Origin: Macrostomum lignano
Lineage: Eukaryota
Length of the DNA stretch: 64,000 nucleotides
Assembly: GCA_002269645.1 (NCBI GenBank)
Contig: NIVC01002249.1
Coordinates: forward strand, 62,001 to 126,000
Direction: 5' to 3'
Shown: one piece after another, positions 1 through 14,150 of the stretch
Layout of the letters: each line of letters starts with the position of its first letter
How positions within the stretch are numbered: the first letter of the stretch is position 1
The notes under the pieces: model-generated
The model's database searches: none
The model's input: the letters and a program-made list of their open reading frames with translations, nothing else
Told to the model about the DNA's origin: nothing
Translations under genes and position numbers: made by a program

Positions 1-51
1 GGCCGACTCGGCCGACTGTTGCGCATGTATGGTCTAATCTATGGGTCTTAA

Positions 52-961
52 CCATAGATCTTATATTCCCTAGATATGCCACTCTTGGTGCATTCAATAG
101 GAAAAGACTGACCACGCGAATTGCAAGAAAAATTTATTTAAGCCGACAGCTTTTGAGAAAGTCTGAGGTCAATAGCTTAAAGGGACATAGACATATTTCT
201 TTTGTGGTTACAAGAATATTCGCAACAGACACAAAGTTCACAGGTTGTCGCGACCTTGCGCTTTGCTATCAAACAAATGGGCAAAAGAGTGCTGAATTTG
301 GGGCTGCAGCATATACAAATTGCCACCACCAACAAGTAATTGAATCAAAATGTCGCTGCACATCTTCCCTAGGAGTGGCTTTGCTGCTCAGAAGTGGATT
401 AAAGCATTAAGCAACCCTGAAGTTGATCTTCTTTTAGTCATAGGATTCAGGCATAGGCTTTTTTCCAAAACAAGGGCTACATGGACTACAAGCAAGTATG
501 GCTTGCGCCTGCCATCTAATTATTAAAAAACATTAATACGCGCACAAGCTACTGACCTGATATTGTAGTTGCAAAATCTTCAAGAAAGATGAAGGCTCTA
601 TGGGTGTGCTTATCATACATGCGCAACCTCCAAAATTCAGTCGGCCATGCGACTTAGTTTTAACAAAAATGCGACGTAGTTTTTGGCCAAAAATGCGACT
701 TACATGTAATTAAAAAAACCATACGCAAAATTAACGCAACTTTGGGTAAACGGCAGGAGTAACTATGACTGTCTTATTAGGTCAAAATGCCTCGTCAGCT
801 ACTTAGTAATACTACTTTGGTATTTTTTCGGGTGGGCATTTTTGCGACTTCCTTGATTGGCTGCCAAATCGGTCGGCCAGATCGGCCGACTCGGCCGACT
901 GTTGCGCATGTATGGTGCTTATGGTTGTGAGTGGCTTATCTAGGGAATATAAGATCTATGG
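52..961. mobile_element. Non-autonomous TIR DNA transposon (910 bp), superfamily unassigned
   Basis: 52-84 CCATAGATCTTATATTCCCTAGATATGCCACTC is the reverse complement of 929-961 (32/33 match). It is flanked by a perfect 6-bp direct repeat TCTTAA (46-51 and 962-967). No recognisable transposase inside. Confidence 0.75.
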
Positions 962-2011
962 TCTTAATTATGCATCGGGATATTAATAAGCAAACTGAAT
1001 TTAAGTACTGATGCTTGAAGGAGGAATTTGTCTTCCTATGGAGTCATTTGTCATGGGTGAATGAGTTTTCTTCTTATTGCTACAGTATTTTAAGTGATAG
1101 ACAAATAGGTATTTGTATTTCAATTTATTTATTAATTTCCATTAGTCCATGTTTTTACTAATACATGTTGAAACTTCTATTTTTTTAAATAGTGCCCCCC
1201 AAGGGGGGCTTAGTATGCTAGTCTAGTCTAATTTTGATTACAAAAATTTTTTATTATCTAGCTTATAAATAAAAGCATATATTATAATATTATATGAACC
1301 AACTTACATATTATATTCCAATTTAAAGCTTATTAGCTAGGCTAGGGTCTAGGTCTACTAGTTTTTTGCTTGCAAAATAATTTTTGTTCTACTTATGTTA
1401 TTGAATTGAAAGCCTTTTTGATTAGATGATACAATGTAAAATTGTATTAACATTTAACAAAGATGATGAAAAACTTTTTTTCAATCCTAGACCTAGGATC
1501 TTGGCCTAACTCATTAGGATACTAGGATTGGCAAGGTCTAGGATATCCTACTCCTAAGAATCCTAATATTGACAAAACTTAGGTTTTTTCATTAGATTTT
1601 TATCCTAAGAATCCTAATATTGACAAAAGTTAGATTTTTTATTCATAGGCCTATTGTCATTATAGATATATAGGTGGCATAGGCCTATACAGTGTAATTA
1701 TAGTATGATTACTAGTATACTTTTGACTTTTTACCTTGAATTTTTATGCTTTGTTTATTCAATTCGAATTTGACTAAACTTGCTAAACAATGTCAATATT
1801 TGAATTACTAATTAAATTAGTAATTATACTTCTAATAAAAAGGCCTAGGCCCTAGTCAATAGAATACAGTATAAATTTATAATTAATGCATTCTGTATTG
1901 TCAAATGCTCATAAGCTCATGCTCTATCATAAGCTAATATAGCTAAGCATAAATCAAAAGAGATAACAACTGCTAGGTATAGGCCCTAGTCCATAGCCAG
2001 GACTGCCAGGT

Positions 2012-2193
2012 CAGGCATGGACCCAGAAAATTTTTGAGGGGGCCAAGCTATACCAAGCACTACAAGTACAACCCATATTGGAAAATAGACCTGGTATAGT
2101 GGCAGGCTAAAAAAGCATGACCAAAATTTTTTGGCCGCGGCTGAGGGAGGGCCATGGCCCCCTTGGTCCCCCCCACCTCTGGATCCGCCCCTG
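2012..2193. mobile_element. MITE, possibly hAT-derived (182 bp)
   Basis: Imperfect TIRs: CAGGCATGGACCCAG vs reverse complement of CTGGATCCGCCCCTG (11/15). 8-bp flanks TGCCAGGT / AGCCAGGA (6/8) resemble a decayed TSD; 8-bp TSDs are typical of hAT. Confidence 0.55.
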
Positions 2194-2751
2194 AGCCAGG
2201 AATGGAATCGATGTAGGTCTACAAATGTTTTGGCAATGTTACACGTTAACAGCTTACATGATATTTGAAAGAAATAAGCCAAAAAGGTTAATTAAATGGC
2301 TAAAAGCCAGGTTGAAATTACTAAAAGGTTAAACGAACAATGGATAATTCGCTAGATTAAATCCACCAGTGTGGGGTCAACTATGACCTCAGAAATTGTC
2401 AATGACGTTTTTGTACAACTTTCCAGTCCTGGAAAGGTTTCACTTGGTTTTGAATAAGTTTTGAATTTACTTTAACTTACTTGTAAAGGTATAAAGTTTA
2501 CAGGCTCAGTTTCTCGTACGCTCTTAAATATACTACAAGAAATATATTTTGTTATAAGCCACACGAAAACTATTTGCACGAAATCATTTTAAAATTTCTT
2601 TTGAGCTCTGCGTACAAGTCCCACGCCTGTACGGACCTACTGCCCGGCACTATATAGCCCATCTTGAAGGAACCACTCAGTACGGTTCAGGCTTCAGCTG
2701 CGCTATCGTGAACAGCACACGTTTAGTATTGCACAAATATTACAGGATAAT

Positions 2752-3739
2752 ATGGTTTTCGGATGCACAACGTGCAAGCCCAACGAAGCTCTAATTATCA
2801 CAGGCAAGAAATTAAAACCGACGTCCTAAACTCAGAACAAATTAAAACTCGTACATTAGTTACTTATACTCGGATATATAGTTTTTATCCTCAACACTTT
2901 AACATACCAAAAGAAACAAACAGGCGAAGAAACTGTGAAACAGAGATCTAAGAAAATCTAATCAATGATTCGTGACGTGCGAGGCTTGAGTCACTACAGT
3001 CTTACAGAGATAACTACTCTGCAGAAAAAATGCAATTAATTAAATATCTATTGCTTTTAGAGTATTACTTTTTTCATCTAAAGAAAAATGTAGCTCAGAT
3101 CACGCCTATTCGAGCGCTATTTATATTGCATTCAAAGTTGACATTTCTTTGAAAAATTATATATACGAGCGTACTGTATTGATACTTTTACCATGTACAT
3201 GTGCATTATTCTATCAGATATATGCTGACGAATTTATTTCATCAACTCAATGCTTTCCTACAGGTTGCTGTTATCAATCACCGGTGTTCGTTACCAATGG
3301 ATGGAAATGTACGATTCCTGGCATACATAAAGTCCAACGGATGCCTCTGAACGTAATGAAAATCACAGTTGAATCGCCAAGAATTTATGCCAAGCAGGGT
3401 GTAACTATTTCTGTAACCGGCCTATCAGAAGTTCGAATAAATGGCTGGAATCAAGACATGCTGGCAGTGGCTTTCGACAATTTTTTAGGCAAGAAAGAAC
3501 ACGAGATTGAAGCAATCGTCAAAGAGAAATTGGAGGCCCAGCAAAGCGCTATCATTAGGCAAATGTCAATTGACGAAATCTACATGGATAGAAGAAAGTT
3601 CTGCACAGCCTTCTTCAATGCCGCCTCGGCAGATCTCGAACGAATTGGCATTTCCGTGTTGTCCTACAGGCTGGAAGAAGTCAGCGATGAGGATGGCTAC
3701 CTGAAAGCACTGGGAGAGGCGCGTCTCCGGCTCAGCTGA
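2752..3739 (+). CDS. Truncated flotillin paralog, SPFH domain only (175 aa); exons 2752-2803, 3264-3739; may be a pseudogene
   Basis: Exon 1 MVFGCTTCKPNEALIIT-G is 52 nt, the same length and phase as flotillin-1 exon 1. It ends at a GC donor (CAG|GCAAGA); the acceptor is TTTCCTACAG|. Exon 2 aligns residue-for-residue to the neighbouring flotillin-1 up to GYLKALG, then stops before the coiled-coil domain. Confidence 0.75.
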
Positions 3740-4339
3740 ACATTCACCAGACTCTTGAAATCAATTTGTCCAGTTGCGAATGTTTTTTGTCCCACCGAAC
3801 TTCGGTGAAATTTTTGTGCGATTATCAAGTGTGGAGTCTTTCCCCGCAGTTTCCAAATATGGTTTTGGATTTTCATAATTCTGTAAGGTCTGATAAAAAC
3901 TCATTAATCTCATAAAAGCATCCTTGATTTTGTACTCGAGTTCGATGAACGTTCTTATTTCCATTTTCCAGAAATGAAAATATTTTTTAAATATAACTTA
4001 TATAGCTACTTCAGCAAATAAATTTTTAACTTCGATCGTACCCACAGTGTACAGTGTGAGTGTACATTTGTACACAGTTTTGCATGCCATTTATCTCCGT
4101 TCAATACTGGAAACGGTTTATCTCGCTCATGAGCTCAAAACAGCTGAGGCAAGCAAGCAGTGCATTCCTGGCTTCTCTTATCTGGATTTTATTAGATTTT
4201 ATTACTAGACTAGAAAATCCTCCGAGAACTCGCTTACCAAGCATTAAGATTTTCAGAATACTACTGTAAGTAGGTTAGAACGTTCCCGATTCTTTTCAAG
4301 CAGTCCTGCATGAGATTTTTCAAGACCTCGATCGGCTCT

Positions 4340-4700
4340 GACGGAATCGTTCGAACGTCAGGTTGACACGGCGCCAGCCAGCACTCCAAAGCCTGGCGTC
4401 AGAAAAAATCGCCGAGTGCGCTTCTGCACGAGCTTTATGCCGTACGACTCGACGTGGATGATGTGGCCTGCAACTGGAGTCGCCGAATCACTTCAATAGA
4501 TTGGAGCCAATGAATTAGGTTGCCGCGTTGGTGACTAAACTTCAATCTGCTTTTTCTAGTGGTTTGGCCAATCGTCCAAGTCGATCTAGGCGTTGTTCGA
4601 CAGGACGGTCTCAACCACAGCTTTGAACAACGCCGCCCTGCAAGATTGCCCTGAGCAAAACAAACAGCTGCCGTGAGAAAATCCCAGGATCCTTGCAGAC
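4340..4700 (-). mobile_element. Degenerate 3' fragment of an RTE-like non-LTR retrotransposon
   Basis: Broken minus-strand frames give RAALFKAVVETVL, VTNAA and AGHIIHVESY, motifs I recognise from the post-RT C-terminus of RTE-clade LINEs. Interrupted by stops and frameshifts. Confidence 0.5.
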
Positions 4701-5137
4701 GTCTGACCCTTACGTCTGACACATTGGAGAAGCAACGACGGCTATTTGGAAATTAAAGCCAGACTTCCAATATTTCTACTGAAAGTAATGTAGTAAGTAA
4801 AAATATCTCCAGCTTGAAAATATCCGTTGAAAAGTTCTAGATACTGGATTTACTCGTATTTAACATTTTACACTCGTTACTTCAAAGGCTGAAATTGAAT
4901 TAGAAAGTTGAAAGACTTTTCTTATAAAAGCTTATTATTTGACATTGATAATTATAAATTCCTAAATCTTGTTTTCTCATTTTTTTAAAGTCGTTAACAT
5001 ATTAGTATCTATTCGTTTTGTTTTTGTTTTAAACCAGCTTAAAAGTTGATATAAGTTCACGCGCGAATTCAAAAGTGTGTGAAAATTGTGTCGTTTTGTA
5101 GCATCAAGCAAATAAGCATAAAGAAAATTTTAAAAAG

Positions 5138-7980
5138 ATGGTGTTCGGTTTTCATACCTGCGGTCCGAATGAGGCACTCGTCATTTCAGGTAAAATATCA
5201 AAAATTCTGACTGAAATCATTCTACGTGTATGGAGGTTCGTTTACTAAGAGCAATATGAAATTAGACACTGGTGAAGAGTACATTACATCCCTTCCCTTC
5301 ACAACCGTCGCTAGGATGCTTTCATACTACGCCAACTTTCATCCCTGGCGGGCGCAAATTCGTGTTCCCGGTCATCCAGCAGGTGCAGAGGATCATGCTC
5401 AACACCATGACCATCACCATTGAGTCGCCCAGGATTTACACCCAGCTGGGAGTGCCCATCACTGTCACCGGGGTGGCCCAGCTGCGCATCAAAGGTCAAA
5501 ACAGAGACATGCTGGCTGCCGCTTGCGAACAGTTTCTATCAAAATCTGAGCAACAAATCCAGGAGATTGCGAAGGAGACGCTGGAAGCTCACCAGCGGGC
5601 AATCATGGGCAACATGACGGTCGAAGAGATCTATAAAGACAGAAAGAAGTTCAGCAAAGCCGTATTTGAAGTGGCCTCGTCCGACCTGGTGAACATGGGC
5701 ATCAGCGTGGTGTCCTACACCCTGAAGGTGAGTGACTGAATCAGTTTTCAATGGAGCTTTTTATCATCCGGCATGTACAGTTCATTCTTAGTCTTGAAGG
5801 GTTGACCCTCCTGAGCGGCAGATGAATGTGGCGTTGCATGCATCAGGAGGTAACGTTCTCTCGTTCTATGGAAATTGGAGCAAAAGCACCGATTCTTCCC
5901 ATCTCTTTAATGTACTTTTTCTAGCAAAATTTTGTCTGTGGTAGATATCAGGGGTTTGTGGTAGCCATGGATTTTATGGTGGGAGGGCAAAGCCAAGAAT
6001 TCTACATCACTCGATTCCTGCAGTATTTTGGGAATCGGTGTTATTAGCTCTCATTTTGGCGCAGCAGACGCTCATTTTGGCGCCGCAAAAACTCATTTTG
6101 GCGCCGCAGACACTCATTTTGGCGCCGGAGACGCTCATTTTGGCGCCGCAAAAACTCATTTTGGCGCCGCAGACACTCATTTTGGCGCCGGAGACACTCA
6201 TTTTGGCGCCGCAGACGCTCATTTTGGCGCCGCAGACACTCATTTAGGCGCCGCAGACACTCATTTTGGCGACGCGGACACTCATTTTGGCACCAAAAAC
6301 AATCATTTTGGCGCCGCAGAAGCTCATTTTGGCGCCGCAGACACTCATTTAGGCGCCGCAGACACTCATTTTGGCGACGCGGACACTCATTTTGGCACCA
6401 AAAACAATCATTTTGGCGCCGCAGACACTCATTTTGGCGCCGCAAAAACTCATTTTGGCGCCGCAGACACTCATTTTGGCGACGCGGACACTCATTTTGG
6501 CACCAAAAACAATCATTTTGGCGCCGCAGACACTCATTTTGGCGCCGCAAAAACTCATTTTGGCGCCGCAGACACTCATTTTGGCGCTGCAGACACCCAT
6601 TTTGGCGCCGCAAAAACTCATTTTGGCGCCGCAGACACTCATTTAGGCGCCGCAGACACTCATTTAGGCGCCGCAGACACTCATTTTGGCGACGCGGACA
6701 CTCATTTTGGCGCCGCAGACACTCATTTAGGCGCCGCAGACACTCATTTTGGCGACGCGGACACTCATTTTGGCACCAAAAACAATCATTTTGGTGCCGC
6801 AGACACTCATTTTGGCGCCACAGACACTCATTTTGGCGCCGCAGACACTCATTTTGGCGCCACAGACACTCATTTTGGCGTCCTAAAGCAAAGTTATTTA
6901 ATTTACATAACGAGTCAAAAGGTGGGGCGGGGGGATAAAACATTGGTATGCCCCCCCCCCCTAGCTTTTACTGGCGGACGCCCCCCCCCGGTCCCCCGGT
7001 GGCAACGCCACTGGTAGAAACCCAGTTCGCGCAATGAATTTTGCAATAATCTTCCCAATCCGTTTGGGAGAACACACTGTACTTCCTATTTGCGCGGTGG
7101 TCAGACACGCCAATCACTGTGCCATTCTGCGCCCCCCCCCTCCTACACCCTGAAGGACATCAACGATGACGAGGGCTACCTGAAGGCGCTGGGCTTGGCT
7201 CGCACAGCGCAGGTTAAGCGAGACGCCCGAATCGGCGAGGCTGAGGCTCAGAAGGAGTCCGGCATCAAGGAGGCCATCGCCGTGCAGACTCGCATGGCGT
7301 CCCGATACGAGAATGAGGTGCAAATCGCCAAGGCGCAGCGCGACTTCGAGCTCAAGAAGGCCGCCTTCGACAAGGAAGTGCAGGCCAAGAAGGCCGAGTC
7401 GGACTTGGCCTACGAGCTGCAGGCGGCCAAAACTCGCCAGCTGATCAAGGAGGAGGAGATGCAGATCAAAGTGGTGGAGCGCACCCAGCAGATCAGCGTC
7501 CAGGAGCTGGAGATTGTGCGTCGGGAGCGTCAGCTGGACGCCAGCGTCCGCAAGCCGGCGGAGGCGGAGCGCTACCGGCTGGAGCGAATCGCCGAGGCGG
7601 AGAACTCCAAGATCATCCTGGAGGCTCAGGCCGACGCCGAGACCGTCCAGCTGAAAGGCGAAGCCGAGGCCTTCGCCATCGAAGCCAGGGCGAAGGCGAC
7701 AGCCGAGCAGATGGCGAAGAAGGCGGATGCATGGAAAGAGTACGGCGAGGCCGCCCGACTCGACCTGGTGCTGAAGGCGCTACCGAAGCTCGCGGCCGAG
7801 GTGGCGCAGCCGCTGGCCAGCGCCACGAAGATCACCATGGTGAGCAGCGGCGGTCGCAACGCGGAGCTGGGAGCGGCCAAGATCACAGGGGAAGTCATGG
7901 ACATCATGGAGCGACTGCCGGCGATGCTGCAGTCCATGACTGGATCGGAAACTGGCCTGACAAAGATCACGCCTAAGTGA
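5138..7980 (+). CDS. FLOT1: Flotillin-1 (429 aa); exons 5138-5189, 5315-5727, 7156-7980
   Basis: [18 protein letters not shown]...[18 protein letters not shown]|[31 protein letters not shown]...KKAAFD...GAAKITGEV is a classic flotillin-1. GT-AG junctions in phases 1 and 0; 1290 nt in frame. Confidence 0.95.
5949..7013. mobile_element. MITE carrying an internal 21-bp minisatellite, in FLOT1 intron 2
   Basis: Ends CAGGGG...GTAGCCA and TGGCAACGCCACTG are imperfect inverted repeats. 8-bp flanks GTAGATAT / GTAGAAAC (6/8). G/C-run subtermini resemble the 2012-2193 element. Confidence 0.5.
6050..6882. repeat. 21-bp minisatellite CTCATTTTGGCGCCGCAGACA (~39 copies)
   Basis: Direct reading; variant units recur in higher-order blocks. 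Confidence 0.95.
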
Positions 7981-8131
7981 TGGCGAACTTCTCGTGACTC
8001 TCAACATTGAGGACTGTAGCTTATTGTACTCTAAATTCAAGGACTTTAAAAATCGAAAAGTTAAAGTAATTTATAGAGAAAAAAATACAAGCTGGACTGG
8101 AGGCTGATTTTCACTGCTAAAAGCATTGGTT

Positions 8132-8650
8132 GGTACCCCTGGTGCTGGCGTACCCGGGTGCTAAAACCCCTGGTGCTGGCGTACCCGGGTGCTAAAACCC
8201 CTGGTGCTAAAACCCCTAGTGCTAAAACCCCTGGTGCTGGCGTACCCGGGTGCTAAAACCCTTAGTGCTAAAACCCCTAGTGCTAAAACCCCTGGTGCTA
8301 AAACCCCTAGTGCTAAAACCCCTGGTGCTAAAACCCCTAGTGCTAAAACCCCTGGTGCTGGCGTACCCGGGTGCTAAAACCCTTAGTGCTAAAACCCCTA
8401 GTGCTAAAACCCCTGGTGCTAAAACCCCTAGTGCTAAAACCCCTGGTGCTAAAACCCCTAGTGCTAAAACCCCTGGTGCTGGCGTACCCGGGTGCTAAAA
8501 CCCTTAGTGCTAAAACCCCTAGTGCTAAAACCCCTGGTGCTAAAACCCTAGTTCTAAAACCCCTGGTGCTAAAACACCTGGTGCTAAAACCCCTGGTGCT
8601 GGCGTACCCTGGTGCTAAAACCCTAGTTCTAAAACCCCTGGCGCTAAATC
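8132..8650. repeat. 15-bp minisatellite GTGCTAAAACCCCTG/A interspersed with GGCGTACCCGG, downstream of FLOT1
   Basis: Direct reading; higher-order blocks repeat. Confidence 0.9.
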
Positions 8651-9279
8651 CCTGTAAAAGACGCCGCTTCCCCAACCCCTTATCATTTAGCAGCGAGGTC
8701 AGTAGTACTCTAGCTTGCCTGTGTTCATCACACTTGCTATTATGTTCGATAGAATGCGAGTATGTAAATTTAAAATACTGTAGACTTTTTGTTATAACAT
8801 TATTAAATGATTCTAAACATTTTTGCGTTGGCTTTTGCTTGAGTAAACTGAACTGCAGAGAGTCTTAAGTTCAGCTTTCTTTCAATATAAAAAGTTGGTT
8901 ACTCAGTGCTCAGTCCTGGCCAAATACATGAGCAAATAGATAAAGCAATCACCTGTGGAGCCCCACCAACGGCAATTGTCACCATGGCTTCAGCCTATCA
9001 GTTATTCACTGTGGTATCACTAATCGAGCTGAAATACTTCGAACTCTCTGACGATAATTTGATCATTAGCGCAATATAGAGTCTTGCTATCCTACTCATT
9101 AGTAGAGCATGCGAGCTGTTGAATTATTATGATTTATTTTATAAAGGTTATAAATTAGCCAAAATACAGAAGAACAATGCATTTAAACAAATTCTCTAAT
9201 TGATAGTACGAACTGAGAAAATATCCTCCAGAACACAAACAAAGAAATGCCCCCGGGACAGTCTGTTAAAAAAGTCAAA

Positions 9280-9540
9280 GATAAAAAACTCTCTGGGAAT
9301 CCCCCTGAAAATCCCCCAGGGAAATCCCCCCAGAAAATCTTCAGGGAATCCCTCAGAAAATTCCTTAGAAAATCCTTCAGCAGATCCCTGTGGATATCTC
9401 TGGGGAATTCCCTAAGGAAATCCCCAGGAACTCCCCCAGGAAATCTACCAGGAATTCCCTAAGGAATTCCCTCGGAAATTGCCCAGGGACTCCCTCACGA
9501 AACCCCTCGTGGAATCCCCAAGGAAATCCCAAGAAGTGGA
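9280..9540. repeat. Degenerate ~12-bp GAAATCCCCCAG-like repeat
   Basis: Direct reading. Confidence 0.6.
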
Positions 9541-9824
9541 GCAACAGAGGCTTCGGTTTTCTTGAATTAAAGAGTTAAGATATTGAAGAATTTCTTTTGC
9601 AAAACGAATTTTACCTTGTTCTTCAAAGTATTTCTCGTCTTTTTTGTTCAATTTTAAGATAGACAAATTTGGCACTATAATTGCTACGTGGCAAAAACTT
9701 ACAGGTAATTCATTTTTCCAATTGTGAAAGAATACTGACGCATGACAAAGCATTCGCTGCTAACCTTTAAGAGAACCTTTAATTTATGCTTGCAAGCCAT
9801 GCATAGAATTTCTACTGTGCTGTA

Positions 9825-10080
9825 TGACCTTCCGGAAGCCAGCCTCTATGACCTTACGGGAGCCAGCCTCTATGACCTTCCGGAAGCCAGCCTCTATGAC
9901 CTTACGGAAGCCAGCCTCTATGACCTTACGGGAGCCAGCCTCTATGACCTTCCGGAAGCCAGCCTCTATGACCTTACGGAAGCCAGCCTCTATGACCTTA
10001 CGGGAGCCAGCCTCTATGACCTTCCGGAAGCCAGCCTCTATGACCTTACGGAAGCCAGCCTCTATGACCCTGCAGAAGCC
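9825..10080. repeat. 24-bp minisatellite GAAGCCAGCCTCTATGACCTTC/ACG
   Basis: Direct reading, ~10 copies. Confidence 0.9.
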
Positions 10081-10099
10081 AGCATCTGTCAGAAACTGT

Positions 10100-12059
<1,960 letters not shown>

Positions 12060-13297
12060 CCTCTGAGCAGATGTTTGAGCTCTGCTACCAGTATCTGCCT
12101 ATATGCCTTCAGCCCGGTCCTCGCCCTCGCCCTCGCCCTCGTTTGTTTCTGGGATTTTACCACCTCCGCTGTTTCCCCGGCATTCAGGTTGGCTTTGGTC
12201 TTTTTTCGCTCCACCGGAACAGCCTCCCCCCCCCTCAAAACCCTGCCCCACCTCCCCACTCAGTGTCAGAGGAATCTCTCAGCTCCCCCTCAGTCACTGA
12301 GCTGCGGGCTTCAAAGACGCACTCCATGCCTCACTATCCCAACCAAGTGGCTGAGCTGAGCCCTGGCTGTACAAATTCCATCGAGCTGCTGGTATTTATC
12401 TTCGCCTTTGAGTGAGACAGAGATAGAGTGATGAAGGATAATGGAGACTGCGGGAGGCTGGGCAGGCTGTGTCGGCGACGGAGGGAAGTCAAAGAGTAAA
12501 ACAAAAGGCTTGGGTGGAATTGGGATTCCGCTGAGGAGGGGGGAGACTGAGAGATGAAGAGGGAGAAGAGAGGCTGGATGGGGAAGGCGAGACTCTGCAA
12601 GCAGCCTAGTCAAAAGGAATCCGAAGGGATGATGGAGGGAGAGCATAGGCTGAGCAAAATCGAAGCCCAAACAGAACAGAACGACTGTGAGAACGAAAAT
12701 GATGACGGAGGAGAGACTGGAAGCTGCAGTTCATCTATTTTTTTCCTTCCATTTGTTGCATCCATCTCAATTACACCAGTTTCCACACACAAATTCAATA
12801 AACTCATTGCCCTGTTTCATACAATTCTCGTCGGCATATTCCAACTGTGCTACTGTAAGTAAAAATATAGGAATTCGCGTTACGCATAGAATAAAATAAA
12901 ATCGTTGCCCCCTATTAGCGAGAAAAGAAGAAATATCTGATTTTAATTTTTTTTTCAACTGCGCAAAACAATATCGGCCGCCCACGCTCGGTGCGTAAAA
13001 TGATGCGGTAAAAACACAATAAAATACAGTGTTGAAGATATGGCGTTTCGTTGCGCAGAATGACGAAGCGTGGAAGAAGATTTTTGGAAGAAGAAGACCT
13101 CACAGTTTTGCCTATAATCTTTCAACTCAATGGAGCATAAGTTCCGCTACATTAATTTTAATAATAATTAAACATGCTTACATATCTGACAAAAACATCT
13201 TTGACAGGCGGTCTGACTTGTCTTATTTCTTTTCTTGTTGCCTTTTTGCTTTTGATTTGACAAGGAAAGCGAGATGGGCTCTTTATATGCTTGTCAA

Positions 13298-13353
13298 TAC
13301 ACAGACACAGACACAGGCACAGGCACAGGCACAGGCACAGACACAGACACAGA

Positions 13354-13388
<35 letters not shown>

Positions 13389-13521
13389 ACACAGGCACAG
13401 GCACAGACACACGTACAGGCACAGACACAGACACAGACACAGACACAGGCACAGGCACAGACACAGACACAGACACAGACACAGACACAGACACAGACAC
13501 AGGCACAGGCACAGGCACAGA

Positions 13522-13556
<35 letters not shown>

Positions 13557-13599
13557 ACACAGGCACAGGCACAGGCACAGGCACAGACACAGACACAGA

Positions 13600-13634
<35 letters not shown>

Positions 13635-14150
13635 ACACAGGCACAGGCACAGACACACGTACAGGCACAGACACAGACACAGACACAGACACAGGCACAG
13701 GCACAGACACAGACACAGACACAGACACAGACACAGACACAGGCACAGGCACAGGCACAGGCACAGACACAGGCACAGGCACAGGCACAGACACAGACAC
13801 AGGCACAGACACAGGCACAGACACAGGCACAGACACAGGCACAGGCACAGGCACAGGCACAGATACAGACACAGGCACAGACACACGTACAGGCACAGAC
13901 ACAGGCACAGACACAGACACAGGCACAGACACAGACACAGGCACAGACACAGGCACAGGCACAGGCACAGACACAGACACAGGCACAGGCACAGGCATGG
14001 ACACAGACACAGACACAGACACAGACACAGACACAGGCACAGGCACAGGCACAAACACAGGCACAGATACAGACACAGACACAGGCATAGACACAGACAG
14101 ACACAGACGCAGACACAGGCACAGGCACAGGCACAGGCACAGACACAGAG
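13298..14150. repeat. Hexamer satellite (CACAGG/CACAGA)n
   Basis: Direct reading; source of the poly-QA/TG/HR ORFs. Confidence 0.97.

Noticed and set aside
6028-7017. 329-aa DTHFGAA repeat ORF
   Set aside because: Minisatellite inside a MITE within a FLOT1 intron.
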